From IMG/VR virus record IMGVR_UViG_3300005611_000037, positions 1-53,366 of that record: a stretch of DNA of 53,366 nt; one strand, written 5' to 3'. Origin of the DNA: a virus (lineage: Duplodnaviria > Caudoviricetes). Under the pieces are notes generated by a model. That model ran no database searches and was not told where the DNA came from. It was given only the letters and a program-made list of their open reading frames with translations. This document shows, piece after piece, positions 9,955 to 17,735 of this stretch; position 1 is the first letter of the stretch; each line of letters opens with the position of its first letter. A program made the translations under genes and the position numbers.

Positions 9955-10380
9955 TTATACAGCTTCTTCTAAGGCAACAGGAAGATTTTCTTTAGCTTTT
10001 TTTATGGACTCTAATGAGTTGTATAAATCTTTGTAAGATTTTTCAATTATAGGATCTTTGCCAAAAGTATGAATTAAATCGTCACCGATCATTTCTATTA
10101 AGCATCTAGCTGCAAATAATTTGTTTTCAATTTCTCTTTCTTTATTTTCTCGTGACATGTTTCTAAACTCCTTTTTTTGACGAATATCGTAATTGACTGA
10201 ATTTTTTAAGTTTATCAGTTTCTTTTCAAAATCGGAATAGGAAGGCCAATCTCTTATCTCTATTTCTGTTCGTCCACAACCTTGACAGACAATATCCCCC
10301 CAAGTAGTGCTACATCTACCTATGCATGGAGAGTCGCTTAATGAGGTAGACTCTCCGTTTACCTCATGCAGTAAATTCAT
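9955..10380 (-). CDS. DUF1289-family Cys-rich protein with C-terminal helical extension
   Basis: SPCIGRCSTTWGDIVCQGCGRT..EI.DW; start moved to ATG 10380 because the track start overlaps a terminator. Confidence 0.8.
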   Translation of the reverse strand: MNLLHEVNGESTSLSDSPCIGRCSTTWGDIVCQGCGRTEIEIRDWPSYSDFEKKLINLKNSVNYDIRQKKEFRNMSRENKEREIENKLFAARCLIEMIGDDLIHTFGKDPIIEKSYKDLYNSLESIKKAKENLPVALEEAV

Positions 10381-10404
10381 TTCGGTTACTCTAGTAACAC
10401 CAAT

Positions 10405-10433
10405 AATATACACGAAGTATAAAAATCTGTAAA
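10405..10433 (-). promoter_or_regulatory. sigma70-type promoter for the DUF1289 gene
   Basis: TTTACA-17 nt-TATATT on the minus strand. Confidence 0.55.
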
Positions 10434-10460
10434 GAAAAAGGGACACTAAAAAGTGTCCCT
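10431..10460 (-). terminator. intrinsic terminator after Hsp20
   Basis: AGGGACACT-TTTT-AGTGTCCCT followed by TTTTCTTT. Confidence 0.85.
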
Positions 10461-10465
10461 ATAAA

Positions 10466-10864
10466 TTACTTTATTTTTACAGTTTTTGGTCTTTTATCCT
10501 CTGGAATATTTTTTTCTAATTCCAAGATAAGCAAACCATTTTTTAGTTCAGCATTAACCACTTCTATGTATTCAGCCAATGTAAACTTTTGTTCAAAGGA
10601 TCTTTGAGCTATACCACAATAAATATAATCTTGATCAGATTTTTTAGCGGTATGTTTTATACTCAAAACACCTTCATCAATTTCGATCTGGAGATCTTCT
10701 TTAGATAAACCAGCTACTGCAAGTTCAATATAAAATTTATCCCCATCTTTTTTTAAATTGTAAGGTGGGTAACTAGAATGAGATTGTTTGGTTAAATCTC
10801 TTATACGTTTGAAAATCTCATCGTAACCTAATACATGACGAGATATTAAAGAATCGTTATACAT
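10466..10864 (-). CDS. ibpA: small heat-shock protein Hsp20 (IbpA-like)
   Basis: YPPYNL, IELAVAG, GIAQRSF...FTLAE, A.LKNGLL.I.L alpha-crystallin motifs. Confidence 0.93.
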   Translation of the reverse strand: MYNDSLISRHVLGYDEIFKRIRDLTKQSHSSYPPYNLKKDGDKFYIELAVAGLSKEDLQIEIDEGVLSIKHTAKKSDQDYIYCGIAQRSFEQKFTLAEYIEVVNAELKNGLLILELEKNIPEDKRPKTVKIK

Positions 10865-10919
10865 AATAAGTCCTCCTTAAAGCGACTTAGTTAATGTTGA
10901 CCTCACCAGAGCATCAACA
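10865..10919 (-). promoter_or_regulatory. ROSE-like RNA thermometer in the Hsp20 5' UTR
   Basis: Hairpin TGTTGATGCTC/GAGGTCAACA, then TAAGTCGCTTTAAGGAGGACTTA in which UCGCU pairs opposite the AGGAGG SD. Confidence 0.7.
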
Positions 10920-10943
10920 ATTTAATTATATGGTTTTCTTGAT

Positions 10944-10971
10944 AAAAAAAAAGGGGTTCCGAAGAACCCCT
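10944..10971 (-). terminator. intrinsic terminator after major capsid gene
   Basis: AGGGGTTC-TTCG-GAACCCCT plus long T run. Confidence 0.92.
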
Positions 10972-10990
10972 AAATTCAGATTAACAGGTA

Positions 10991-11899
10991 CTATGCACCT
11001 TTTGATCCAAACACACATCTTGGGTTTGAGAACCCAAAAGAGTATCTCTCTCTAGCTTTGAATCTGACGTTGCCAGTATCAAAGTCACCTTCCATAGAAG
11101 TTGAAAGAGGAGTTCTTTCATAGTGTTTGAAGCCATCAGGAACATCTGATAATACGAAGAATGCGTCCACATCTGTTAAGAAATGGTTAACAACATAGCC
11201 TTCTGGAATAGCGCCCATGTTGTTGATAGCATTAATATCGTTATCTGATGTACCAACCCTTCCAGGTGATTGTAACAGCCTATCAGCCACGAACTGTAAC
11301 TGAGGTGGTACAACTAACTTTCTTGGTTGTAATGCAATGTTTAGACCTCTGTCATCAACGAATGTTGAAATACTAATGATAGCATCTTCTAAAGATGTTT
11401 CATTTAAGTCAGCATCTGTTGAAGGCTCATTTGCAAATGTTCCACCACCTGTTAATGGGTGTAATGTTGAACAAAGTTCGACACCATCACCGCCAGGGAA
11501 GTTGGAATCAAAAGCGTTGTTAAGAACATTAGCTGCCTTAACTTGCTTTGTGTGAGCCATAGATCTTGCAAGAGCTTTTGTATATCTTGCACCTAGTCTG
11601 TCATACAAATTATCTTCAATAGCTTCTTCAGTAAGAGCAAAAGCCAAAGCGATGGTTTCGTGTGAGTAACGAGCAGTATAACCTTCTGAAGCGTTGTCAA
11701 ATGAGACACCTTCTCCTTCAGGTTTAACTGGTGCATTACCAAAACCAACGATTAAAACTTCTTCTTCAAATGCTCTATCAGATGAAACTGTTTCATAGAT
11801 CTCTGCATGTTCGTTTTCGTACCTATTGTATTCCTGCCCAAAAAGTGCAGCTAACCCAGGTTCGAGTTCTTTTGCTAATTGCGCTCTATTAATAGCCAT
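10991..11899 (-). CDS. major capsid protein (HK97 fold, Mu gpT-like family)
   Basis: MAINRAQLAKELEPGL, ITEEAIEDNLY-like, LVVPPQL, KARERYSFG motifs; follows the scaffold, precedes a strong terminator. Confidence 0.9.
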   Translation of the reverse strand: MAINRAQLAKELEPGLAALFGQEYNRYENEHAEIYETVSSDRAFEEEVLIVGFGNAPVKPEGEGVSFDNASEGYTARYSHETIALAFALTEEAIEDNLYDRLGARYTKALARSMAHTKQVKAANVLNNAFDSNFPGGDGVELCSTLHPLTGGGTFANEPSTDADLNETSLEDAIISISTFVDDRGLNIALQPRKLVVPPQLQFVADRLLQSPGRVGTSDNDINAINNMGAIPEGYVVNHFLTDVDAFFVLSDVPDGFKHYERTPLSTSMEGDFDTGNVRFKARERYSFGFSNPRCVFGSKGA

Positions 11900-11918
11900 A
11901 TTTTTATCCTACCTTATA

Positions 11919-12488
11919 TTAAACACCAGCATCGTTTTCGTAAGCATGCTCATTAATTTTAACAATCATGTTTACGTTTGCTGCACCTAGTTCGTTGTTT
12001 TGGTCGTCTCTTGAGACGCCAACAATTCTGTAGTTAGCGGTACCAGCAGTTGCGCCTGAAGCGATTTCTGCTTTTGATTGACCACTAACTGTTGAACCTG
12101 CTGTGTAAGCAATATCAACGTTAGCTCCAATGTCTGCTCTAGCTAAAGAACCAGTACATTGAACTTCGTATAGGTTATACGGGTTATCCTCAACAAAGGC
12201 TACTATGTCTCCTGTGGCTGTTTGGCCAGCAGGGAAATACGCAGAGTATTTAACCTCTTTCGTAGTTGCATCGTTATATTGACATCCTCTGAAGATGCCC
12301 AGTATTTTAACGTCAGCTGCAGCATCAGCTACATCAATGTAACCACCAGCCAACATTTTTACTGGATCTCCTGAAAAGATGCCTTGGGTTGAGCCAGATT
12401 CAATATTGTATTCTGTAACTTTATTTTGAGCTACACCGGACAAATTTCCTACTAACTTAAACCCAAATGGTTTATCTTGGTTTGCCAT
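11919..12488 (-). CDS. capsid-associated (cement/decoration) protein
   Basis: MAN.DKPFGF, IFSGDPV, GIFRGCQY; immediately upstream of the capsid gene. Confidence 0.65.
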   Translation of the reverse strand: MANQDKPFGFKLVGNLSGVAQNKVTEYNIESGSTQGIFSGDPVKMLAGGYIDVADAAADVKILGIFRGCQYNDATTKEVKYSAYFPAGQTATGDIVAFVEDNPYNLYEVQCTGSLARADIGANVDIAYTAGSTVSGQSKAEIASGATAGTANYRIVGVSRDDQNNELGAANVNMIVKINEHAYENDAGV

Positions 12489-12524
12489 AATTTTTCCTTA
12501 TATGTTTACCAAAGAAAAGACAAC

Positions 12525-12992
12525 CTAGTCTTTTCCGAAAGTTACCCTTGTTTTTAACTCTCTGGTTATAGGCATTGCAGGGTTTTCCTCACGCATAAGG
12601 TCATTTTCTACGGCTCTCATTTGGTTGTCGGTCATATTTTTATAATACTGCCTTCTTTGTTCAACAATTCTGTTGTCTATTTTGCAAAGAATTAATCCGC
12701 CAACTCCAATGACACCCGAATGCCGACCTTCATCGACTACAGGTAAACCATGGCCACTTGGTAAGTCCTCGGCTTTCACAGGAACAAAGCCTTCTCTAAA
12801 TCTTTTAGAGATATTTGTTTTATCTGCTTGACCAAGAATATCCGATCTGATCCATCTAAAAGTTGTTCCAGGAGGTGGATCTATTGGAACATCCAGCGCT
12901 GCTGGTGGTTTCCAAGTTTGTACACGTTCCTCGAACTTTCTATCTTCTACTTCTCTTGTAGATCTCGATTGTTTTATATCCTTGTTGCTCAT
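12525..12992 (-). CDS. conserved head-module protein
   Basis: WKPPAAL, FRWIR, REGFVPV, GVGGLILCK. Confidence 0.65.
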   Translation of the reverse strand: MSNKDIKQSRSTREVEDRKFEERVQTWKPPAALDVPIDPPPGTTFRWIRSDILGQADKTNISKRFREGFVPVKAEDLPSGHGLPVVDEGRHSGVIGVGGLILCKIDNRIVEQRRQYYKNMTDNQMRAVENDLMREENPAMPITRELKTRVTFGKD

Positions 12993-13984
12993 GATTTTTG
13001 TAACCTCGCTTTTTGTATTGCGTAATCTTTAAATGACACTCCAAGCTTTTTAGCTAGTTGCTGTTCGCTCGGTGTCAACTCGATACGATTATTCCTGCGT
13101 CCTGTCGATGTGGTGCGTGATGGTGAAGCTACAGTTTGGACGGGTTTGTTAGCTTCCACGTTGTTAAATTTATGAGGAATTTCTTCTCTCAGTCTTCTGT
13201 CTATTTCATTATAGTATTCATCGCTCTCAGTATCAAAGCCTTTATTGACTAAATCTGAGTGAATAGTATAAGCAACTGCTGTTGCTGTTTGATCTTTACC
13301 GAACCATGGGTTCTTTGATGCCCAGTCTTGCGCTCTAGCAGAAGGTTCAGCGAACTCTTCAACTTGTTGTGCTTGATAGTTTTGTTGTGGTTGATTTTGG
13401 TAATACTGTTGTGCTTGATCTTGCCATTGTTTTTGGTAAGCAAGTTGTTGTTTGTATTGATCAATTTTTACTTTATCAGACGTTGCCATAGTTAAAGCTT
13501 CAGTTGCTGTAGCTATAGCTTCTGGATCGCCAGACTCTGTTGCTTGTTTTAAAGCTTGTTTTGCTAAAGATAACTGCGACTCAACTCGATCGGTTGCTTC
13601 TTGACTATAGGTATCAGCAAAGTTTTGTTGATAACTTGACAGCTCCTGATTTTGTCTTTGCAGATCTTTGGCATATTGCAAAGCAATAAGTTCTCTTCTT
13701 TGAAACTCTTTTGCTTGTGCTACTGCTTTATTGATTCGGTTTTGAGCATAAGCTGCTCTACGCTCAACTTCAGAAAGATCTTTTGATTGTTCCTCTACTT
13801 TTTTAGAAACATCAAAGTCTTCTTGAATTTCATCTTCGGTTATTGGTTTGACATTATCATCAATACCAACTTCAACGTTGGAGTCAGAAGTTTCAACTTC
13901 TGCTCTTTTATTTTCGGGCAATGCTGCTTTTTCTATTTGTTCTTCAGAAATATCAACATCGATTACTTGTGCTTCTTCAGCCAT
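12989..13984 (-). CDS. capsid scaffolding protein
   Basis: Acidic coiled coil, WASKNPWFG, C-terminal LTPSEQQLAKKLGVSFKDYA. Confidence 0.75.
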   Translation of the reverse strand: MAEEAQVIDVDISEEQIEKAALPENKRAEVETSDSNVEVGIDDNVKPITEDEIQEDFDVSKKVEEQSKDLSEVERRAAYAQNRINKAVAQAKEFQRRELIALQYAKDLQRQNQELSSYQQNFADTYSQEATDRVESQLSLAKQALKQATESGDPEAIATATEALTMATSDKVKIDQYKQQLAYQKQWQDQAQQYYQNQPQQNYQAQQVEEFAEPSARAQDWASKNPWFGKDQTATAVAYTIHSDLVNKGFDTESDEYYNEIDRRLREEIPHKFNNVEANKPVQTVASPSRTTSTGRRNNRIELTPSEQQLAKKLGVSFKDYAIQKARLQKS

Positions 13985-13991
13985 ATTTTCC

Positions 13992-14510
13992 TCATAAAGA
14001 TTTGATGTCGTCAGGACTTAGTATGGTCCCAATGACTTCATCATCGTTAATTAAACGCACTTCATGATCATCTTCTAAAAGGAATCTAGCACCAGAATAT
14101 CTTCCGATTAAAATCCAGTCTCCTTTTTTGCACCAAGGTTTACCACCAAACCGATCTTTGTCTTTGTAAGCCAATGGTCCTGTTTTCAAAACATAACAAA
14201 CCATTGTCCCATGAGACTCTCGATCTATAGTGGATTTTACTAATTGAATACCACCATCGGTAACATCTTTACCTCTGTATGGTAAAACCAAAACACGCCA
14301 ACCTGTAGGGTCGGGCATTCTATCAATTAGTGACTTTTTAAGTAAGGTTGGATCTAAAACTCTTTTGTCTTCTTCAACAAAAGCTTTATCCAGTTCTGAC
14401 TGTTCTTCAACTTGTTTTTGTTTTTGTCTCTCTTCGAATCTTTTGACTGCATCGTTGTTTTTATCGATGCTTTCTTTTTGTTCTATTGTTTCTTTTGCGA
14501 TCTTACTCAT
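13992..14510 (-). CDS. groES: co-chaperonin GroES-like protein with N-terminal extension
   Basis: PTGWRVLV...TDGGIQL...GPLAY...KGDWILIGRYSG...RLINDDEVIG. Confidence 0.88.
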   Translation of the reverse strand: MSKIAKETIEQKESIDKNNDAVKRFEERQKQKQVEEQSELDKAFVEEDKRVLDPTLLKKSLIDRMPDPTGWRVLVLPYRGKDVTDGGIQLVKSTIDRESHGTMVCYVLKTGPLAYKDKDRFGGKPWCKKGDWILIGRYSGARFLLEDDHEVRLINDDEVIGTILSPDDIKSL

Positions 14511-14697
14511 CTATATCGTATTTTTGCAGCGTTTCTTTTAAATCTTGTGCCAAGGCTCTTAACGCTGATAAAGCACCAATGGCATATTTATATTCTTCCA
14601 TGGATTTTACATTGCCTGAAGACAAGCTGTCAACAATTTGTGCTTCTCTTTCTTTTATTTGTTTAAAAAAATATTGAGCTAACTTAATGCTATCCAT
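14503..14697 (-). CDS. small helical protein upstream of GroES
   Basis: LSSGNVKSMEEYKY.IG; GGAGAG RBS. Confidence 0.7.
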   Translation of the reverse strand: MDSIKLAQYFFKQIKEREAQIVDSLSSGNVKSMEEYKYAIGALSALRALAQDLKETLQKYDIDE

Positions 14698-14740
14698 AAC
14701 AAACTCTCCTGAAGTTATGTTTTATTGTAAACTTTTATGC

Positions 14741-16336
14741 CTATCTTGGAAACCTTGGAAAACCACCTGGAGGTATGACTGGCATAGTTCTCATTATTGG
14801 TTCTACTGGTAGACGTGGTGGTCTATTGCTTACTGGTGGCCTAGGTACTATTGGCATAGGTTTCATTGGTATTGGAGGCATAACTGGTCTAGGTCTCATT
14901 ATTGGTTCTGCTGGTGGTAATATTGGCATAGGCCTTTCACCAGGCACTCCTACAGAACCTTTATTGATGTTTCCTTGTGAGGGTACTGGAAGTAAAGGTC
15001 TCGGTGAAGGTACAAAACCTGGTTTACCACCAATGTTAGGTGGTACAGGTAATCCAACTCTTATTGGTGGTCTGTCAACTGGTGGCAGTAACCTTGGTGG
15101 TGTTGGTTCTACTGGCGGCATTGGCATAGGTCTCATTATTGGTTCTACTGGTAGACGTGGTGGTCTATTACTTGGTGGTTCTGGTGGTAATATTGGTATG
15201 GGTCCTCGGTCAATTGGCATTGGCATAGGTCTCATTATTGGCTCTACTGGGGGTTCTGGTAAAAAATCATTTCCACCTCTTATTGGTGGCATAGGTCCAA
15301 GTATTGGCATAGGTCCGCCTTCATTTGGTGGTAGTAATTCCCTTGGTGGTTGGCCTGATATATCGCCAGATCCAACACCAGCACCCACTCCTGAACCTAC
15401 ACCTGCTTCTCCGCTCGGAACTTCGATTCGTTGGCCATCTGGACCAAAAGCATACACCATTCCTGGTCTTGGCATAACCGTGGTGTACATTCCACCACTT
15501 GGAGCATCAAAAGAAAAACCTTCTGGTAAATTTGCTGGGTCGTATCTTTTACCAGCACCATAAATATCTGTTCTTTCAGACAATGGAATTCGAACTGGTT
15601 GTTGTGGAGGAACAAAAGCTCCAGGTCTTACTCCTGGTTCTACAGGACCGCCTTCATCTATTCGGTCTTCAATATCAAAGTCATCATATAAATCTATAAT
15701 ATCTTGTTGTTCTGGTATTGGTGCTGGTATTGGTGCTGGTATTGGTGCTGGTATTGGTGCAGGTGTTGGAGCTGGTGTTGGTTCTGGTGGTAATATTAGT
15801 TCTTCGCCAACTCCTTCTCCTGGGGCGAAGCCTTGACCTGTGCCTAAGTCTGGTTCTTGTTGTCCAGATCTTAACTCTTCAATTTGTCTTTCGAGATCTT
15901 GTATTTGTGATAAGTAATCTGGTTGTTCTGCTGGTTGAGGTGGTTGTTGTTGTTCTTGCACTCTATTAAATTGTTCAAATAAGTTTTGAAAAATTCCTTT
16001 TAACATTTCTGGATCAAAAGATGGCTGTGGTTGAGGTTGAGGTTGAGGTTCAGGCATTGGTCGAGCAAACTGACCAAACTGACTCATTAATGGCATCATA
16101 CCTGGTTGAAAACCGCCCATGCCGCCCATATCTCCCATGCCGCCCATACCCATTGGTCCCATAGCTGATGGAAACTGCATGCCAAAACTTGGTGGCATAT
16201 AAAATGATGGTCCACCTTCAACTAATCTTGGTCTTGATTGAAATCCAAAAGGGTTGCCAAATCCACTTGGTCTACCAAATGGCAGTCCGCCACCGCCACC
16301 AAATCTTCCAAGTCCACCTAACATGTTTTCAAACAT
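14741..16336 (-). CDS. Pro/Gly/Met-rich low-complexity protein
   Basis: 531 aa open frame, TAATG-coupled to the upstream gene; internal repeats. Confidence 0.7.
   Translation of the reverse strand: MFENMLGGLGRFGGGGGLPFGRPSGFGNPFGFQSRPRLVEGGPSFYMPPSFGMQFPSAMGPMGMGGMGDMGGMGGFQPGMMPLMSQFGQFARPMPEPQPQPQPQPSFDPEMLKGIFQNLFEQFNRVQEQQQPPQPAEQPDYLSQIQDLERQIEELRSGQQEPDLGTGQGFAPGEGVGEELILPPEPTPAPTPAPIPAPIPAPIPAPIPEQQDIIDLYDDFDIEDRIDEGGPVEPGVRPGAFVPPQQPVRIPLSERTDIYGAGKRYDPANLPEGFSFDAPSGGMYTTVMPRPGMVYAFGPDGQRIEVPSGEAGVGSGVGAGVGSGDISGQPPRELLPPNEGGPMPILGPMPPIRGGNDFLPEPPVEPIMRPMPMPIDRGPIPILPPEPPSNRPPRLPVEPIMRPMPMPPVEPTPPRLLPPVDRPPIRVGLPVPPNIGGKPGFVPSPRPLLPVPSQGNINKGSVGVPGERPMPILPPAEPIMRPRPVMPPIPMKPMPIVPRPPVSNRPPRLPVEPIMRTMPVIPPGGFPRFPR
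15714..15786. repeat. 12-bp tandem repeat (GGTATTGGTGCT) encoding PAPI/PAPT
   Basis: Tandem copies visible directly, degenerating to the right. Confidence 0.85.
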
Positions 16337-16509
16337 TAAAATATTCCTTGAAACTTTTTACCTCTAAGTGCAATACCGCCACCTCTAGATTCGCCAGCGC
16401 CAAATGGTTTAGGTCCACTAGGGTTTGGAATTTCTTGCACTTGTTTTAAAGGCACATTACCTTGCCCTTTAATTTCAACGTCTTTTCTTACTTTTGGATC
16501 TTTTTGCAT
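16336..16509 (-). CDS. 57-aa basic protein not in the ORF track (MQKDPKVRK...[16 protein letters not shown])
   Basis: Manual translation; stop overlaps the next ATG (TAATG). Confidence 0.7.
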   Translation of the reverse strand: MQKDPKVRKDVEIKGQGNVPLKQVQEIPNPSGPKPFGAGESRGGGIALRGKKFQGIF

Positions 16510-16633
16510 TTTTCTTTTTCCCTGCTTTATTTAATGCTATGGCAACTGCTTGTTTTTGCGGTTTGCCTTCTTTTTTTAATTTTTTTATATTAGCAGAAAT
16601 TACTTTACTTGTGCTACCTTTTTTTAAGGGCAT
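16475..16633 (-). CDS. 52-aa Lys-rich phage protein not in the ORF track ([19 protein letters not shown]...QKQAVAIAL)
   Basis: Manual translation; ATG directly after the upstream stop; recognisable MPLKKG...QAVAIAL small-protein pattern. Confidence 0.75.
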   Translation of the reverse strand: MPLKKGSTSKVISANIKKLKKEGKPQKQAVAIALNKAGKKKNAKRSKSKKRR

Positions 16634-17002
16634 TTATCTTGATCTTTTTTTGCCTGATTTCTTTTTAACAACACCAGACTTTTTAGATCCCTTTTTTAAC
16701 TTTGTAACTCCAGCTTTACCAGAGCCACCCATCATACCTCGGATAGCATCTTTTCTTGCTCTAAAACCAACAGCACCACCATAAGCAAAATTAAGCACAC
16801 CACCTGGGCCTCTTTGACCACCTATTTTTTGTGGTGTTAGTGGTCTTCCTCTCATTGGTATGCCACCAATGTTTGGTCCACTAGAGCCGATAGGTCCGTT
16901 ACCACCAATTTGAATAGGGCTACCCGAGCCTGGTTGTAATGGTACTGGTCCGCCCATATTCATTTTTTTAACAGAGCCGCCTTTTTTCATTTTTTGTCGC
17001 AT
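16634..17002 (-). CDS. Gly/Lys-rich low-complexity protein with several MxxGG motifs
   Basis: KMKKGGSV, KMNMGGPV, FAYGGAV. Confidence 0.65.
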   Translation of the reverse strand: MRQKMKKGGSVKKMNMGGPVPLQPGSGSPIQIGGNGPIGSSGPNIGGIPMRGRPLTPQKIGGQRGPGGVLNFAYGGAVGFRARKDAIRGMMGGSGKAGVTKLKKGSKKSGVVKKKSGKKRSR

Positions 17003-17511
17003 TTCAATTTCCTTTTTGTAACAAATTCATCGAATATTTCTTTTGTCCAATTTGAGTAGTAACCTAACTGCTCAATTTTTTTTGATGCGTCCACAAGCTC
17101 TTTATGTCTTTGAACGAAAACCATATACATGGAATCGTGGGGATCCAGATCTGCGTTGTTTTCAAAACCTGGTTTGTCTTCATGATTTGGGTGTGAAGAC
17201 ATAATCCACAAATCTAGTTTAACACATAAATCGTTCATAATGTCTACCCTTGCATCAAACTCTTCATCGCTAATGTGATCCCAATTGTTGTTGACATAGA
17301 TTAAAACATCTAAGCTATCATCGAAATCAACAATGGCTTGAGTTAAATCCAACCAATCATTTCTTTTGCAAATTTGTATTTTAACTCTGTTTTGTTCCCA
17401 AGATTTTTTAGCAAATGGACAAGCTGGTAAACCATTATGATAATCGGACTTTGGTTCAAGAACTTCTTTTGACCATTCGCGTATTGTTTTTCCAGGGGTA
17501 AATAATTTCAT
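16987..17511 (-). CDS. DUF1415-like protein
   Basis: LPACPFAK, SSHP, FVQR motifs. Confidence 0.55.
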   Translation of the reverse strand: MKLFTPGKTIREWSKEVLEPKSDYHNGLPACPFAKKSWEQNRVKIQICKRNDWLDLTQAIVDFDDSLDVLIYVNNNWDHISDEEFDARVDIMNDLCVKLDLWIMSSHPNHEDKPGFENNADLDPHDSMYMVFVQRHKELVDASKKIEQLGYYSNWTKEIFDEFVTKRKLKCDKK

Positions 17512-17514
17512 TAA

Positions 17515-17610
17515 TTATTTTTTCTTGCGACTTTTTTTGTTTTTATTTTTGCCTTCGTTTCTCAACCATTCTTTTAAAAATCTAAAAGATTCTTCAACCC
17601 CATACAACAT
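17515..17610 (-). CDS. 31-aa basic peptide (MLYGVEESFRFLKEWL...KKSRKKK)
   Basis: Manual translation; TAATG coupling with the upstream ORF. Confidence 0.4.
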   Translation of the reverse strand: MLYGVEESFRFLKEWLRNEGKNKNKKSRKKK

Positions 17611-17735
17611 TATTTTTTAACTCTAATTTTTCTAACACGAACTTTTTTAAGTTTGGATTTAAGTCTTGGTTTTTTAACACGCAATCTTGGCGACTTAGAA
17701 ATTTGTTTTGCCATGGAAGATCTCCTAATGGCCAT
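17610..17735 (-). CDS. 41-aa extremely basic peptide (MAIRRSSMAKQISKSPRLRVKK...)
   Basis: Manual translation; TAATG coupling at both ends; GAGG RBS. Confidence 0.6.
   Translation of the reverse strand: MAIRRSSMAKQISKSPRLRVKKPRLKSKLKKVRVRKIRVKK

Noticed and set aside
14775-15969. Plus-strand Gly/Ile-rich and VLVLVL ORFs
   Set aside because: Mirror frames of the Pro-rich minus-strand gene, which is the one coupled into the operon
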